Of a DNA stretch of 64,000 nucleotides, positions 1 to 10,359 are shown piece by piece. Within the stretch, counting starts at the first letter, position 1, and each line of letters starts with the position of its first letter. Origin of the DNA: Colwellia polaris (lineage in GTDB: Archaea > Nanohalarchaeota > Nanosalinia > Nanosalinales > Nanosalinaceae); assembly GCA_047617785.1 (NCBI GenBank), contig JBLGBK010000001.1, positions 65,638 through 129,637 of the forward strand, given 5' to 3'. The notes under the pieces were generated by a model. That model did not search any database and was not told the DNA's origin. It worked only from the letters and a program-made list of their open reading frames with translations. Position numbers and translations under genes: made by a program.

Positions 1-60
1 GAGAACTATCAGTTTGAACAAGATCAGCACAACCTGAAGCAAATACTACAGTGGCTATAA
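1..60 (+). CDS. 3' end of a gene entering from outside the window (ENYQFEQDQHNLKQILQWL*)
   Basis: Open frame from base 1 to TAA at 58-60, convergent with the next gene. Too short to assign a function. Confidence 0.35.
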   Translation, partial: ENYQFEQDQHNLKQILQWL

Positions 61-74
61 GAGCTATTATCTTT

Positions 75-974
75 TTATCCACGATATTGCACCGTTATAT
101 GATCTTTCGAAACGGTTTTGGTAAAAGTATAATCAGCAGCAACCTGTATCTCGCCCTGACTACTTGACTCAACATCCGGGATATTCAAGTCACAGGTAAT
201 AGTCGTTGAAGATTCTCCTGATACCCTAATATTATCAGGAGTGTTACATCCATCCTCAGGAATACTGAAATCATCTCCTAGAGCTCTAATCTCAGGATTC
301 TCAATCTCTATAAGTCCGACGCCGTCACCTTCCTCAACATCGTTATTGATGAAGCGTATTCTCACCTGCACATTATCCTGCGACAAAAAGATGGGGGAAC
401 CGTGTTCAGAACTGCTTCCAATCATCTGAATATGGATATCCATAGGTCCACTGGATGATGCAGAAGCTAAATTCTCAAGATCTGAAACATCTCTATCTTC
501 CTTAACTTGAAACTGCTGGTATGATTCAACACTGTAATCAAAAGGTATCTGGAAAGCCATATCTATCTGTTGATCGGCATAAAACCTTACCCGGCTTTCA
601 TCAAACTGATGTAAATCCCAGCTCATTGAAAGACTGTCATCAGGCCTCAAATGATATTCTTTTTTAGTTTTAGAGATATTAGAGCTTGAAGCTGAGAAAT
701 CTTCAATTTTCAAGAGATCCGGCGTGTAGCTCTTGAGTATATTAGTCCCCTGATCGCCTACATTTATCTCGGCTTTAGTGTTGCCAGTATTTGTAATCTG
801 AAGCACTGCTGAAACATCAGATCCTGCATATATCTGCTGCGGAGTTACTTCAAAACGGTCTACTGATATTGCATCGCCAGAAGATTGATCACTGGTTTCG
901 CCACCTATAATCGAGCAACCTGAAACAGTTATTGTTATCGCTAGTATTAGCAAAATTACTTTACTCTTCCGCAT
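75..974 (-). CDS. Predicted surface lipoprotein of unknown function
   Basis: Basic N-terminus, hydrophobic stretch and lipobox-like VSG|C, followed by a beta-rich acidic body with a Cys pair. Confidence 0.75.
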   Translation of the reverse strand: MRKSKVILLILAITITVSGCSIIGGETSDQSSGDAISVDRFEVTPQQIYAGSDVSAVLQITNTGNTKAEINVGDQGTNILKSYTPDLLKIEDFSASSSNISKTKKEYHLRPDDSLSMSWDLHQFDESRVRFYADQQIDMAFQIPFDYSVESYQQFQVKEDRDVSDLENLASASSSGPMDIHIQMIGSSSEHGSPIFLSQDNVQVRIRFINNDVEEGDGVGLIEIENPEIRALGDDFSIPEDGCNTPDNIRVSGESSTTITCDLNIPDVESSSQGEIQVAADYTFTKTVSKDHITVQYRG

Positions 975-987
975 ATAATAGTGTCTT

Positions 988-1785
988 ATGCTCGGCTGGA
1001 TTAAAAGCTTTCTTTACAAGTACTATTGGCTGCCTATTATAGACGAGTCAGTATACTACAACCCTGTTAACACTATAACATACGCTCTGCTTTTCGGGGT
1101 TATAGCAGTATATTTTCTACCGTGGTTTATTGACAGACTTAACCTCAAGTTCGATAAGGAGCTTACAGTTGCACTCACTCCGTATATATTCCTAAGCGGA
1201 GCAGTACGCAGCCTAAAAGACGGCGCCTATTTAGATACAATTTTGTTAGAGACTCCAATAATCTACATAGTCATGATTGGATTCACGCTAACAACACTTT
1301 TCATATCAAGAAAAATAGAAGAAAGAATAAAGTATAGCTACAGCAATATCACCGCTCTAACCGGTATTTCAAGCCTAATTGTGATTCTGTCCCTATTCGA
1401 TTATACTCTGTTAGAAGGTCTTTCGTGGTTCCTCATAACCGCATCTATGAGCCTAGCGGCAATCTACGGCATTCTTAGATTGCTTGGCGCAGATATCACA
1501 AGTATTACATCTGTAGGTCCAATATTCGCTCATTTCTGGGATGCTTCTAGCACATACGTAGTACTAAGTTACGGGGGCGTAGAAAAACATGTGCTAGCCG
1601 ATCTATTCATAGAATTGCTAGGGCCAAAAGGTATTTTCCTAATGAAAGGCTTAGTTATTTTCCCTGCGGTACTGTATATAAACAAAGAATTTGAAGAAGA
1701 GGAAAGAAACTACTATCTTTTCATCATCGCAATGCTTGGATTTGCGCTCGGAACTAGAAACATTCTATCTCTCATAACAGGCTAA
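988..1785 (+). CDS. DUF63-like polytopic membrane protein
   Basis: YNPVNTxxY N-terminal motif, P(Y/F)I...G..R.L.D and H.WDASST...Y.EKHV-like motifs typical of archaeal DUF63, about 8 TM segments. Confidence 0.75.
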   Translation: MLGWIKSFLYKYYWLPIIDESVYYNPVNTITYALLFGVIAVYFLPWFIDRLNLKFDKELTVALTPYIFLSGAVRSLKDGAYLDTILLETPIIYIVMIGFTLTTLFISRKIEERIKYSYSNITALTGISSLIVILSLFDYTLLEGLSWFLITASMSLAAIYGILRLLGADITSITSVGPIFAHFWDASSTYVVLSYGGVEKHVLADLFIELLGPKGIFLMKGLVIFPAVLYINKEFEEEERNYYLFIIAMLGFALGTRNILSLITG

Positions 1786-4589
1786 TAGTCCTCGTAGCAG
1801 ACAAATTCGCCTTCTCTTATAGCGAAGACAGAGTTACAATCTTCTTTAACCTCCTTATATCTTTCTTTAGCAGAATCTATACCTAGTGCAGATCCCCATC
1901 TCTCTAGAAGACCTACAGAAGGCTCGCAGTTATCACTGACATTTCTAACTCGGACATAAAGTATTTCCTCAGCTATATTTCTTTCAGCCCATATAGTACC
2001 GAATTCCTTCAGTAGTCCATCCCCGACGTTGCTTTCTTCCTTACACAATATTGTATCATCTATATTTTCGACTTCTACGTCTCTCTCTTCCCCTTCTCTA
2101 TTTCTAACCGCAACAATCATCTGTTGCCGTTTCTCATCCTCATCGATCCGGCCTGCGATTTGTTTCCAGTCATCCTTAGAAAGCCCTATAACTGGTCGAT
2201 CCGAATTATCAGTGGGGAAGAATTTCGCATCGCTGCTTTCATCGTGTACATCCTCTTTATTCCATATATAGGCTGTCTCTCCTCTACCAATAATCTCATA
2301 ATTGAAATTAAGATCGTTTTCTGAAGGATTTTCCCACCCATTTAGATCTCCGGAAACTTTTCTTACATCACAGCCCCCCGAGGCATCTGCTCTCTTAGAA
2401 GGCTCACAAGTACTTAAGAAGTTTTCAGAATCAGAAAGGTCTTGCCTGTCCTGTTCAGCAATCAAGAAAGGACAATTTCTGCCCGAACATAGAGTGTTCC
2501 AAGTTTGGAAGTCATAAGTTTCATCTTCCTTAATAACAGTATAATCTGCATTAACATCCATTATCAGAGTCTCTCCCGAGCTACTTATCTCTTCAGGGTT
2601 CTCTAACTGAAGCGGACACTCCATAACGCTAGGACTGCGCGACATATCATACCAAAGACCATTAAGCTTTGATTCTCTTTTTATCTGTTCTCTAGCATCT
2701 TTTTCTAGCTTATAAGTGGTGAGAGCTTGATCCTCCGTACCTTCAACAGGTGTGAAATCACATCTCGAGGTATCTGCTATCTCTGTAGCAGTAGAGGGAG
2801 TGAATCTTATACTATTTGCTTCAACCCTATACTTGATATCTGTCCTATCTGTTTCTAAACCAACCTGGACATCAAAGGCACGCGGCTCACGCCCGCCATC
2901 GCCATATTCGTCAAATAGAACCGGCGCATAGGCATTTATATAGCTCTTAACAGGAGTATCAGCTGTTTCTGATTCTTTAAACTCTCTATCAATCTCTTTT
3001 TCATCTAAATTATCATAAGACATCGCTCGAACGTTCAAATTAGATTGTGAGCCATAATCATAACGTACTTGCACTTCAGCCTCTCTGGCTAATTTAATTT
3101 GGCCAGGCTGTAGAAGATTACAATTTCTAAGAGTTAATTCTTCCCTAACTGCATCGCTGCTCCTGAAAGCCCAACTATCACCAGGCAAAATAGTATCAGG
3201 CTCTCTGTCATTACCATTATACAATTCTATAGGCATAAATCCGGTACCGCATAAAGTACGGCCATCCTGGTCCTTTACACTCAGATTATACTCCACATTA
3301 TTAGCTTCTATACCCTTCAATCCGTATCTCGGATTTTGTAGAGCAAATGAAACACTTAACGGCTGATCCGGACTCTTATAGGCCACATCTATAGTCTGAC
3401 CATTAGCAACTTCAAAGCCATCGACAGTTAGATCATATTCTTGACCTACAGATTCTGAACTAGGTCTTTGAGTATTATTCATCTGCCATTCACTGAAGCA
3501 CGCAGGCCCTTTAAAGAAACACTGCGCTTTTGCAATAGGGCCTTGCACCATCATAACCAAAGGTTCGGTATCAATTTCTGGCATATAAGGCGCTAGTAGT
3601 TGGCTTCCGTAGTTACCATAATCTATACCGAATCCGAACACATCACCAAATATGCCAGATAGTAGAGGCAAGTAAGCATAGAAAATTCCTCCTGCAATAG
3701 CCATAACCGCTACAAACTGAACTACAAATATAACAAGCCCTAAAAGAAGAGCTGCCAAAACAGCCACTATTGCCTCTGAACCCCCTGCCGCAGCCACACC
3801 GGCTTTTGCAGCTTTACCGGCCTTACCGGCTTTTGCAGCTTTACCAGCGTTACCGGCTCTTTTACCAGCTGTTTTAGCTGCAGATTCAGAACTCATAAAA
3901 GGAATACTTCCTTTAAGTTTTGAAGCTGCAGAAGTCATGTTCTTCGGTATCCACGGCTTCTTAGATGCTTTTTCAGCGGCTTCCGCGGCGTCATATGCTG
4001 CCTCGCCTGCACCATACATATCTCTTACACCTTCTCTTGCAGCATTTCCAGCATTTCTTGCAGCATTCCCTGCCCCTGCAGTATACATAGGATCTAAAGC
4101 ATTCTGTTTGCCTCCACCAGAACTCTTAAGATCTTTTGAATAGAATTTATCTGTTAAAGCCGCTAGTAATATAGTTATAAAGGAAGCTAGACCTATTATA
4201 ATACCAAAGTTGGTTAGATTAGATGCAAGTGTATCGATAGATAGATTTTGAATTGATAGTGGATAGAAACTGAACACTAATCCGCTTAAAAGAACCATTA
4301 CTATACCTGCCTTTTTAGGCATGTTATGAAGTACCTCAGCCCCGTTATGAATCCCTCCTAGGAATCTTTCAGCATAATGAGCGCCAATAAAGCCAGGTTT
4401 TATTATTAGCCAGTATATAGGCAATTGGATAAATACCGAGGCAATTAGGTATATAGTCCAGAAGTCAACCTTGATACACATTTCAATATACTTCCATAAG
4501 AACTTGATGATATAGTATGCCCACATAAGCTGGCCTATTATAGGAACAAAAGATAGGCCAATTATCAAAATTACTTTAAGCCAGCCCAC
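1782..4589 (-). CDS. Large membrane-anchored protein of unknown function (several TMs, A/G/K-rich linker, hydrophobic hairpin, ~600-aa Cys-containing extracellular region)
   Basis: 935-aa ORF with the hydropathy pattern read from the translation. The start overlaps the stop of the upstream gene at 4589 (TAGTG). Confidence 0.8.
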   Translation of the reverse strand: MGWLKVILIIGLSFVPIIGQLMWAYYIIKFLWKYIEMCIKVDFWTIYLIASVFIQLPIYWLIIKPGFIGAHYAERFLGGIHNGAEVLHNMPKKAGIVMVLLSGLVFSFYPLSIQNLSIDTLASNLTNFGIIIGLASFITILLAALTDKFYSKDLKSSGGGKQNALDPMYTAGAGNAARNAGNAAREGVRDMYGAGEAAYDAAEAAEKASKKPWIPKNMTSAASKLKGSIPFMSSESAAKTAGKRAGNAGKAAKAGKAGKAAKAGVAAAGGSEAIVAVLAALLLGLVIFVVQFVAVMAIAGGIFYAYLPLLSGIFGDVFGFGIDYGNYGSQLLAPYMPEIDTEPLVMMVQGPIAKAQCFFKGPACFSEWQMNNTQRPSSESVGQEYDLTVDGFEVANGQTIDVAYKSPDQPLSVSFALQNPRYGLKGIEANNVEYNLSVKDQDGRTLCGTGFMPIELYNGNDREPDTILPGDSWAFRSSDAVREELTLRNCNLLQPGQIKLAREAEVQVRYDYGSQSNLNVRAMSYDNLDEKEIDREFKESETADTPVKSYINAYAPVLFDEYGDGGREPRAFDVQVGLETDRTDIKYRVEANSIRFTPSTATEIADTSRCDFTPVEGTEDQALTTYKLEKDAREQIKRESKLNGLWYDMSRSPSVMECPLQLENPEEISSSGETLIMDVNADYTVIKEDETYDFQTWNTLCSGRNCPFLIAEQDRQDLSDSENFLSTCEPSKRADASGGCDVRKVSGDLNGWENPSENDLNFNYEIIGRGETAYIWNKEDVHDESSDAKFFPTDNSDRPVIGLSKDDWKQIAGRIDEDEKRQQMIVAVRNREGEERDVEVENIDDTILCKEESNVGDGLLKEFGTIWAERNIAEEILYVRVRNVSDNCEPSVGLLERWGSALGIDSAKERYKEVKEDCNSVFAIREGEFVCYEDY
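3797..3880 (-). repeat. Short imperfect coding tandem repeats (AGKAAK/AGK units)
   Basis: ggcttttgcagctttacc occurs twice and ttaccgg/ttaccag recurs. Encodes AAKTAGKRAGNAGKAAKAGKAGKAAKAG. Confidence 0.7.
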
Positions 4590-5716
4590 TATTCCTTCAC
4601 CGATTGAATTCTAAAGTCATTCATTTCGTAGACGTTTCTACTGCGAATACTTACCTGGTTTTGCAGTTCTAACACGTCTTCATCTATATTAACTGTATTG
4701 AGACCATTCTGAGGATTTAACTCGTACACTTCTTCATTAAGAGTGATATTCATTGGTTCGGTTGTTAGAAGGTTCTGGTACCTAAAGCTTAGCGTTTCAT
4801 TAGTATCATCTCTTTGAACATAGTTGAGCTGAGATTCATTAAGCGAGAATCCTTCTTCTACTTCTTCAAGCTGTACAGCTCCACGGTATCTGACCGATAG
4901 AGCAGTACTTTCCAAAGTATAAGCTGAGTCAGAGTCGGTTTCAAATCTTATTTCATTGTAGCCCGGTTGCAGATCACTGTTCTGTGGAGTTAATTCAACA
5001 TTGTGTTCTCCTCTAACTGTTGTCTGAGAGAATACTCTGTTGTCGTTTACATAGACTTCTAGAGGGCTGTTCTTTGTTGACTGACCTGGAGGGATACGGA
5101 AATTAAGTTGTGCTGTATCAAAGTCCTTTATTTCATATTCATACATCCTGAAACTGGTTTCGTAATCATGATATTTTCTATCATTTACAACAAGTTCAAA
5201 GTCTTCAAGAACATACTCAAGGCTTCCAAAGAATCCTGATCTTTTAGCCTCTATAGTAATAGTGTTTGTACCCGGATTAAGAGCGCCTTCCGGTATTTCT
5301 ACTTCCTCTTCAGCAGTAGCTACAAGGTAATTATTGAAGACTGTTTCTCCATTAACCTTGACAGATATTCTTCCATCGCCATTCTTTCCTAGTACTTCAA
5401 AAGTTATATTTCCCGAACGAGGTTGTGTTGCATTATAATATATTGTTTCCTTCTGGCTTCCGAATAGTTTATCCGAGAGAGTTATTTCCTCTCTGTTATA
5501 TGCAGGGATATTACCTCTTGTTTCGCCGACAGTTATCTTTTCAAAGTTGATATTACGATAGTCTTCGTTCGCAGCACCTATTTCACCAAAGCTCTGATCA
5601 TATAAAGTCATTGATTCAGCTTGCTGGCTGCCTGTGCCGAACTCGCCGCTTGCTAGGAAGAAAAGTCCGAAGATAGCTAGGCCGACTCCAAGTATCGCTG
5701 CGAACTGTTGAGCCAT
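4589..5716 (-). CDS. Secreted or N-anchored protein with three beta-sandwich-like repeats
   Basis: N-terminal hydrophobic helix, then repeats ISVKVNGETVF..LNPGTNTITIE / LEVYVNDNRVF..LQPGYNEIRFE / MNITLNEEVY..LELQNQVSIR. Confidence 0.75.
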   Translation of the reverse strand: MAQQFAAILGVGLAIFGLFFLASGEFGTGSQQAESMTLYDQSFGEIGAANEDYRNINFEKITVGETRGNIPAYNREEITLSDKLFGSQKETIYYNATQPRSGNITFEVLGKNGDGRISVKVNGETVFNNYLVATAEEEVEIPEGALNPGTNTITIEAKRSGFFGSLEYVLEDFELVVNDRKYHDYETSFRMYEYEIKDFDTAQLNFRIPPGQSTKNSPLEVYVNDNRVFSQTTVRGEHNVELTPQNSDLQPGYNEIRFETDSDSAYTLESTALSVRYRGAVQLEEVEEGFSLNESQLNYVQRDDTNETLSFRYQNLLTTEPMNITLNEEVYELNPQNGLNTVNIDEDVLELQNQVSIRSRNVYEMNDFRIQSVKE

Positions 5717-5771
5717 ATAACAGGTTTTTGACTTTGGAGGTTTTTATTTGTAGGCCGGAAAAACTCGTTAT

Positions 5772-6749
5772 ATGAAACTACTAAATCAAGATCGAAAAGA
5801 AGGATATGCCAAGATAGAGGTGGAGAATGAAGACGACCTATGGCGCTTGAAGGACTTCTTCCACGAAGGCGACAAAGTAAGAAAATTCACGCAGAGAACA
5901 ATGTTAGAGGGAAGAGAGAAGAAAAGCATGAAGCTGACGATAGAAGTAGAAAAGCACAGCTTTGAGAATGGTCGGCTTCGTTTAACAGGGGAGATAACCG
6001 AAGCTGGAGACGACGTAGAACTCGGATATCACAGCTTCAACGTCGAATCTGGTTCCGAACTGGAGATATGGCGTAATTTTTCGGATAAAGACTGGGATAA
6101 CCTAGAGAAGTGGAGCGAAAAGGATCCGTATAGCGTGCTTTTCTGTCTAGTTGAGAAAGGTGAAGCAGACTTCTATATCGTCCGTGAATCAGGCATAAAG
6201 AGCCTTTCAGGGGTAGAGGAGAATCTTCCAGGCAAGATGTATGGTAGCGATAAATCCGAGGACGAGTTCCTGAAACAAGTAGCAGCTACTATTCGAAGAG
6301 TGGAAGATGAAGCAGATTATGTGGTCATAGGAGGACCCGGATTCGTTAAGGAAAGATTAAAGAATTTCTTGGAAATAGATAATCTTTTTGTACAAGATAC
6401 CTCGGTAACAGGGAAGACAGGCCTGCATGAAGCGATTAAAAGAGGTGCATTGGACAAAGTTGTACGTTCTTCACGAGTTGCAGACGAAACAACTATAGTT
6501 GAGGAGTTCCTGGAGAAACTGCGTAAGGATGACCCGGTTAGTTACGGTGAAGAGGTGGAAGAATTGGCAGAGATGGGGGCTGTAGAGACGCTTATTATCA
6601 CTCCAAAGAAGGTGCGTGAAAAGAAAGGACTTGTTGAGACTGTTGAACAACAGGGCGGAGAGGTAAAAGTAGTTCATACAGATCATGAAGCTGGTGAAAG
6701 AATTGAAGGCTTTACTGGTGTTGCAGCAATACTACGTTACCGTGTCTAA
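5772..6749 (+). CDS. pelA: Pelota/Dom34 ribosome rescue factor
   Basis: E..DDLW.L, RLRLTG.I, LGYHSFNV, GPGFVK and G.AAILRY motifs. Confidence 0.95.
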   Translation: MKLLNQDRKEGYAKIEVENEDDLWRLKDFFHEGDKVRKFTQRTMLEGREKKSMKLTIEVEKHSFENGRLRLTGEITEAGDDVELGYHSFNVESGSELEIWRNFSDKDWDNLEKWSEKDPYSVLFCLVEKGEADFYIVRESGIKSLSGVEENLPGKMYGSDKSEDEFLKQVAATIRRVEDEADYVVIGGPGFVKERLKNFLEIDNLFVQDTSVTGKTGLHEAIKRGALDKVVRSSRVADETTIVEEFLEKLRKDDPVSYGEEVEELAEMGAVETLIITPKKVREKKGLVETVEQQGGEVKVVHTDHEAGERIEGFTGVAAILRYRV

Positions 6750-7861
6750 CCTATTTCCTGAGGTCTATCCTGAAGGGTTAGTTCTACAGACTTTCTTTCT
6801 CCATCACGTATAATATGTAGAGTTATCTGATCGCCGACCTCGGTTTTTCTAAGCAGATAGTCGAGTATATCGTTTATATCATCAACTTTTCTATCTCCTA
6901 TCCCTACTATTACATCGCCTCCTAGAAGTACATTAGAATTGCTTTCCATCTCCGTCGTTCCTCCTCTAATCCCTGCTTCTGCAGCCGGGCCATCTTCAAT
7001 TACACTTTGGATCAGAAATCCTGAAGCATTTTCTAGATTCATCGCGCCTGCGATCTCAGAGTTAACATTTAGACCTGTGACGCCCAACCAGGAATGTTCA
7101 TAGTCATTGGTTTCTATTATTTCAGGTACAACTTCTTCGACAGTCCGCGATGATACTGCGAAACCTATTCCGGAAAATGTACCTGTATTAGTCTGTATTG
7201 CAGTGTTTACTCCAACAACATTCCCTTTCATATTGATAAGAGGTCCTCCGCTGTTACCAGGATTAATAGCGGCGTCTGTTTGTAGAACATTTGGAATGGA
7301 GAACCCTCCGCCTACACGTATGCGTCTTTCTTTCTGGGAGATTATGCCCGAGGTCATTGAACCGCTAAGACCAAAAGGATTACCTATTGCAGCTACACGC
7401 TCTCCTACTTGTACTTCTTCGGAGTTAGCTAGATCTAATGATTCTAAGTTTCTTTTATTTACCTTAAGAACTGCTAGATCTGTGTATTCATCGGCACCTA
7501 TTATTTCTGCATTACGACTTGTGCCGTCAGTGAAACTTACACTTACCTGATCTGCGTCTTCTATTACGTGGTAGTTTGTTACTATGTGTCCTCTTTCAGT
7601 ATATACGAACCCTGACCCTTCTGCAGCCGAGGATCCTGATGTTCTTATTGAAACTACCGATTGATCTGATTGTTGGAATACGTTAGATAGAGAATTATCA
7701 AAGCTAGAGTTGATAGTTACTGTTTTCTGAGACTGTATTTGTTCTTCAAGGCTAGATATGCGATTATCAAAGTGTTGATAGGTTGTAAATGTTCCTATAA
7801 AGGCTCCAAAAAGCAATAAGGATGCCGCAATAAAGACATTAATCCTTGTTTCAGGCTTCAC
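6746..7861 (-). CDS. htrA: HtrA/DegP-like membrane-anchored serine protease with PDZ domain
   Basis: GSGFV, TNYHV, DLAVL, QTDAAINPGNSGGPL and a C-terminal PDZ domain. Confidence 0.95.
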   Translation of the reverse strand: MKPETRINVFIAASLLLFGAFIGTFTTYQHFDNRISSLEEQIQSQKTVTINSSFDNSLSNVFQQSDQSVVSIRTSGSSAAEGSGFVYTERGHIVTNYHVIEDADQVSVSFTDGTSRNAEIIGADEYTDLAVLKVNKRNLESLDLANSEEVQVGERVAAIGNPFGLSGSMTSGIISQKERRIRVGGGFSIPNVLQTDAAINPGNSGGPLINMKGNVVGVNTAIQTNTGTFSGIGFAVSSRTVEEVVPEIIETNDYEHSWLGVTGLNVNSEIAGAMNLENASGFLIQSVIEDGPAAEAGIRGGTTEMESNSNVLLGGDVIVGIGDRKVDDINDILDYLLRKTEVGDQITLHIIRDGERKSVELTLQDRPQEIG

Positions 7862-7903
7862 AGTAATTAGAACAGTTTCTAACGATTTTATAACTTTTCG
7901 AAG

Positions 7904-8725
7904 TCATGCCAAATCAATCTTATACAGGCGAAGACCTTCTTCAGCATCTAGTTCAACGTGGCTCCGTCCTTCATTCAGAGACATTAGATTAGTAATACCC
8001 GGCTGCTTAACTCTAACTTGCCTGTCAAGCTCTCCATCTACAGTAATCTGTATATCTCTAATAGATTCTTTGGGGTCAACAGTAGCATAGAGTTCTGTCT
8101 TATCTGTTGTAAAGGTTAGAGAAGAGTTTTCTCCTTTAGATTCTATAAAATTCTCTCCCTGCAGCCATCGACCTGACAGAGATATCTTCCTGTAAGTTTT
8201 TGTTTCTTCTACTTCTTTTTCCCCATAAAACCTTTGCTCAGGTGTTATACCCGAGTTCTTAAGGCCAAGATACTTTTCTTCGCTCGTATGAGGTGTCTCT
8301 AACGTAGTTTTTATTTCTAGAGGCTTCTCTAGACCTGTCAGTTTATGATCTCCTGTTGAGTGATATTTTATTTCACCATCCTGAATAATTATTTTCTTAG
8401 GAGTATGTTCTGATCGCCATTTGTTTGCCTGCGGCTCATGTGCCGCAAAGCAAGTAATATTTTTATTTTCTAACATACCTTCCAAATACTCTTGATCTTC
8501 AAACTCATATCTAGGAGTGTTAAGAACTAGTATCTGGATATCCCTGTGTTTTGCTATCTCTGCAAGTATTTCTACTTCTGTATGACATCTAAGACAGCTA
8601 GGTGTCCAGAAATGTATAATATATTTTCCACTGGAAAGATCTGGTTTTTCAGTTATCCAACTCTCTGCTTCAATATCGTCAACAGTATCACCTACAAACA
8701 TTTGCTTCTTGACCTCTCCAGTCAA
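7904..8725 (-). CDS. Thioredoxin-like protein with DipZ-type C-terminal beta domain
   Basis: HFWTPSCLRC (CxxC), PRYEFE and E.YLG...LSGRW motifs resembling the DipZ C-terminal region. Confidence 0.65.
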   Translation of the reverse strand: MTGEVKKQMFVGDTVDDIEAESWITEKPDLSSGKYIIHFWTPSCLRCHTEVEILAEIAKHRDIQILVLNTPRYEFEDQEYLEGMLENKNITCFAAHEPQANKWRSEHTPKKIIIQDGEIKYHSTGDHKLTGLEKPLEIKTTLETPHTSEEKYLGLKNSGITPEQRFYGEKEVEETKTYRKISLSGRWLQGENFIESKGENSSLTFTTDKTELYATVDPKESIRDIQITVDGELDRQVRVKQPGITNLMSLNEGRSHVELDAEEGLRLYKIDLA

Positions 8726-8778
8726 TACTTAATTGAAGATACGTATTAAATTTCACTATTTCTATAGACTTATTATAG

Positions 8779-9144
8779 ATGTCACTTTTCCAGAAAATCG
8801 GCGATAAAATATTCCAGCTATCTCCTATAGGAGCAGCAGACCAGAAATTGCGATCGCACCTAGAGGGGGTAGAAATAGATTTGACCGAGTATGAAAGATC
8901 ACTCAAGAGCTACAGACTCTCTCTAGCTGCTTTCAATATCAGCCGCATGCTTTTCTATGCCGGATTGATCAATTCGGTCGCTAGCACATTCAATATCTGG
9001 GGAGCAGGGATAATACAGCAGATCGCATCCTATGTTGGTGTGACCGTTGTGTTAGCGCTTTACACTGTTACAAAACATATAAAACAGAGAAGAGAGGAAC
9101 TCTATCGCGTGGAAAGAGAGCTAATTCTGAACAAAGCCGATTAA
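8779..9144 (+). CDS. Small two-TM hypothetical protein
   Basis: 121-aa ORF with two hydrophobic segments. Confidence 0.6.
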   Translation: MSLFQKIGDKIFQLSPIGAADQKLRSHLEGVEIDLTEYERSLKSYRLSLAAFNISRMLFYAGLINSVASTFNIWGAGIIQQIASYVGVTVVLALYTVTKHIKQRREELYRVERELILNKAD

Positions 9145-9156
9145 ATTCCATCTAAT

Positions 9157-10359
9157 TTATTCTCTGTCCAAAAATGTGTAGAGAAGTATTATTGTCAGTG
9201 TTGAGAACAGTACTGCTGGCGCAAAGACTTGTAGCATCTGTTCAGATAGAACTCCAAGATCTATGGCGATTATGAGCACTACTAGTGTTTCTATGTCGAG
9301 GCTTAGCAGGGATGCTGCTATTGTCATTGGTTTCTCCATTTCATGGAGTTTGGACACTGCATATCCGATCGCCAGTTTTGGCACCGTAGATAATGCGAAG
9401 AGTAGGAAGGCTGCGTCTATATTTGCTATCATTCCTGTGCTTCCGAATAATGTCAGTCCCAGTCCGAACCACGCGAAGAATATCGGTATGAATAGTCCTT
9501 CTGCTATTGCACTTATCTTTTCCTGAAATGCACGGCTATCTGTGAAGTCGCTTCTGGAAACTATCACACCGGCAAAGAAAGCTCCTAGCACAGATGAAAG
9601 CCCTACGGTCTGGCTTATGTAGGACATGAACAGGAGCAGAGAGAACGTTATGGCGAACTGGGCTTCTGTCTCTTCAAACATCATGATGTAGTCATCCAAC
9701 TTGTGGATAAACTCATGTAGTATGTAGAATACTGCGACAAATCCTAGTATCGACCCTACTTTTATCGCTTTAGATGTTAAACCTTGGGTTGCGTATACAA
9801 CAAGAACGGTAAGGAGTATAAATCCTAGTGTAACATTTATCACAGATGATTTAATCGTATACTTCCCTATCTCTGTTCTCAGGAGCCCTTTGGACATCAT
9901 TAATTTTGAAGGAACTCCTATATCGACGACCGCATAGGCCAAGGCTATGAAAAGGAATGCACTCGCACCTGTCTCCGGGAGGAATCCTGGTTTCAGGAAA
10001 TAGAGGGTGGCGAAAATCACAGCAAATGTTCCAGCAAGAACCGCCGTTCCCAACTGGAGTCCTTCCCTATGAGTGAATATATCTACTACGTTTTCTTCCT
10101 TTAGCCCAGCCTGGAAAAGTATGAGCGTTGCACCAACTGTTGCGAATCCCGCCACTGAAGAAGCTGATATCGCCCAACCTTCAGGTATTAACTGCGTATA
10201 CGATGCGAAATTGGCTATTCCAGGTCCGAGAAGAACTCCTGCAAGTATATAGCCTAGTATTGATTCAAGACCTATCCGCTCAAATAATTCTCCGATTATA
10301 AACGATACTGCAAGTATTATTCCTACAGAAAGCAGTGTTGCTCCACTTAGACTAGCCAT
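9157..10359 (-). CDS. Cation:proton antiporter (CPA2/Kef-type)
   Basis: GYILAGVLLGP, LFQAGL and LGAFFAG motifs, about 12 TMs. Confidence 0.9.
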   Translation of the reverse strand: MASLSGATLLSVGIILAVSFIIGELFERIGLESILGYILAGVLLGPGIANFASYTQLIPEGWAISASSVAGFATVGATLILFQAGLKEENVVDIFTHREGLQLGTAVLAGTFAVIFATLYFLKPGFLPETGASAFLFIALAYAVVDIGVPSKLMMSKGLLRTEIGKYTIKSSVINVTLGFILLTVLVVYATQGLTSKAIKVGSILGFVAVFYILHEFIHKLDDYIMMFEETEAQFAITFSLLLFMSYISQTVGLSSVLGAFFAGVIVSRSDFTDSRAFQEKISAIAEGLFIPIFFAWFGLGLTLFGSTGMIANIDAAFLLFALSTVPKLAIGYAVSKLHEMEKPMTIAASLLSLDIETLVVLIIAIDLGVLSEQMLQVFAPAVLFSTLTIILLYTFLDRE

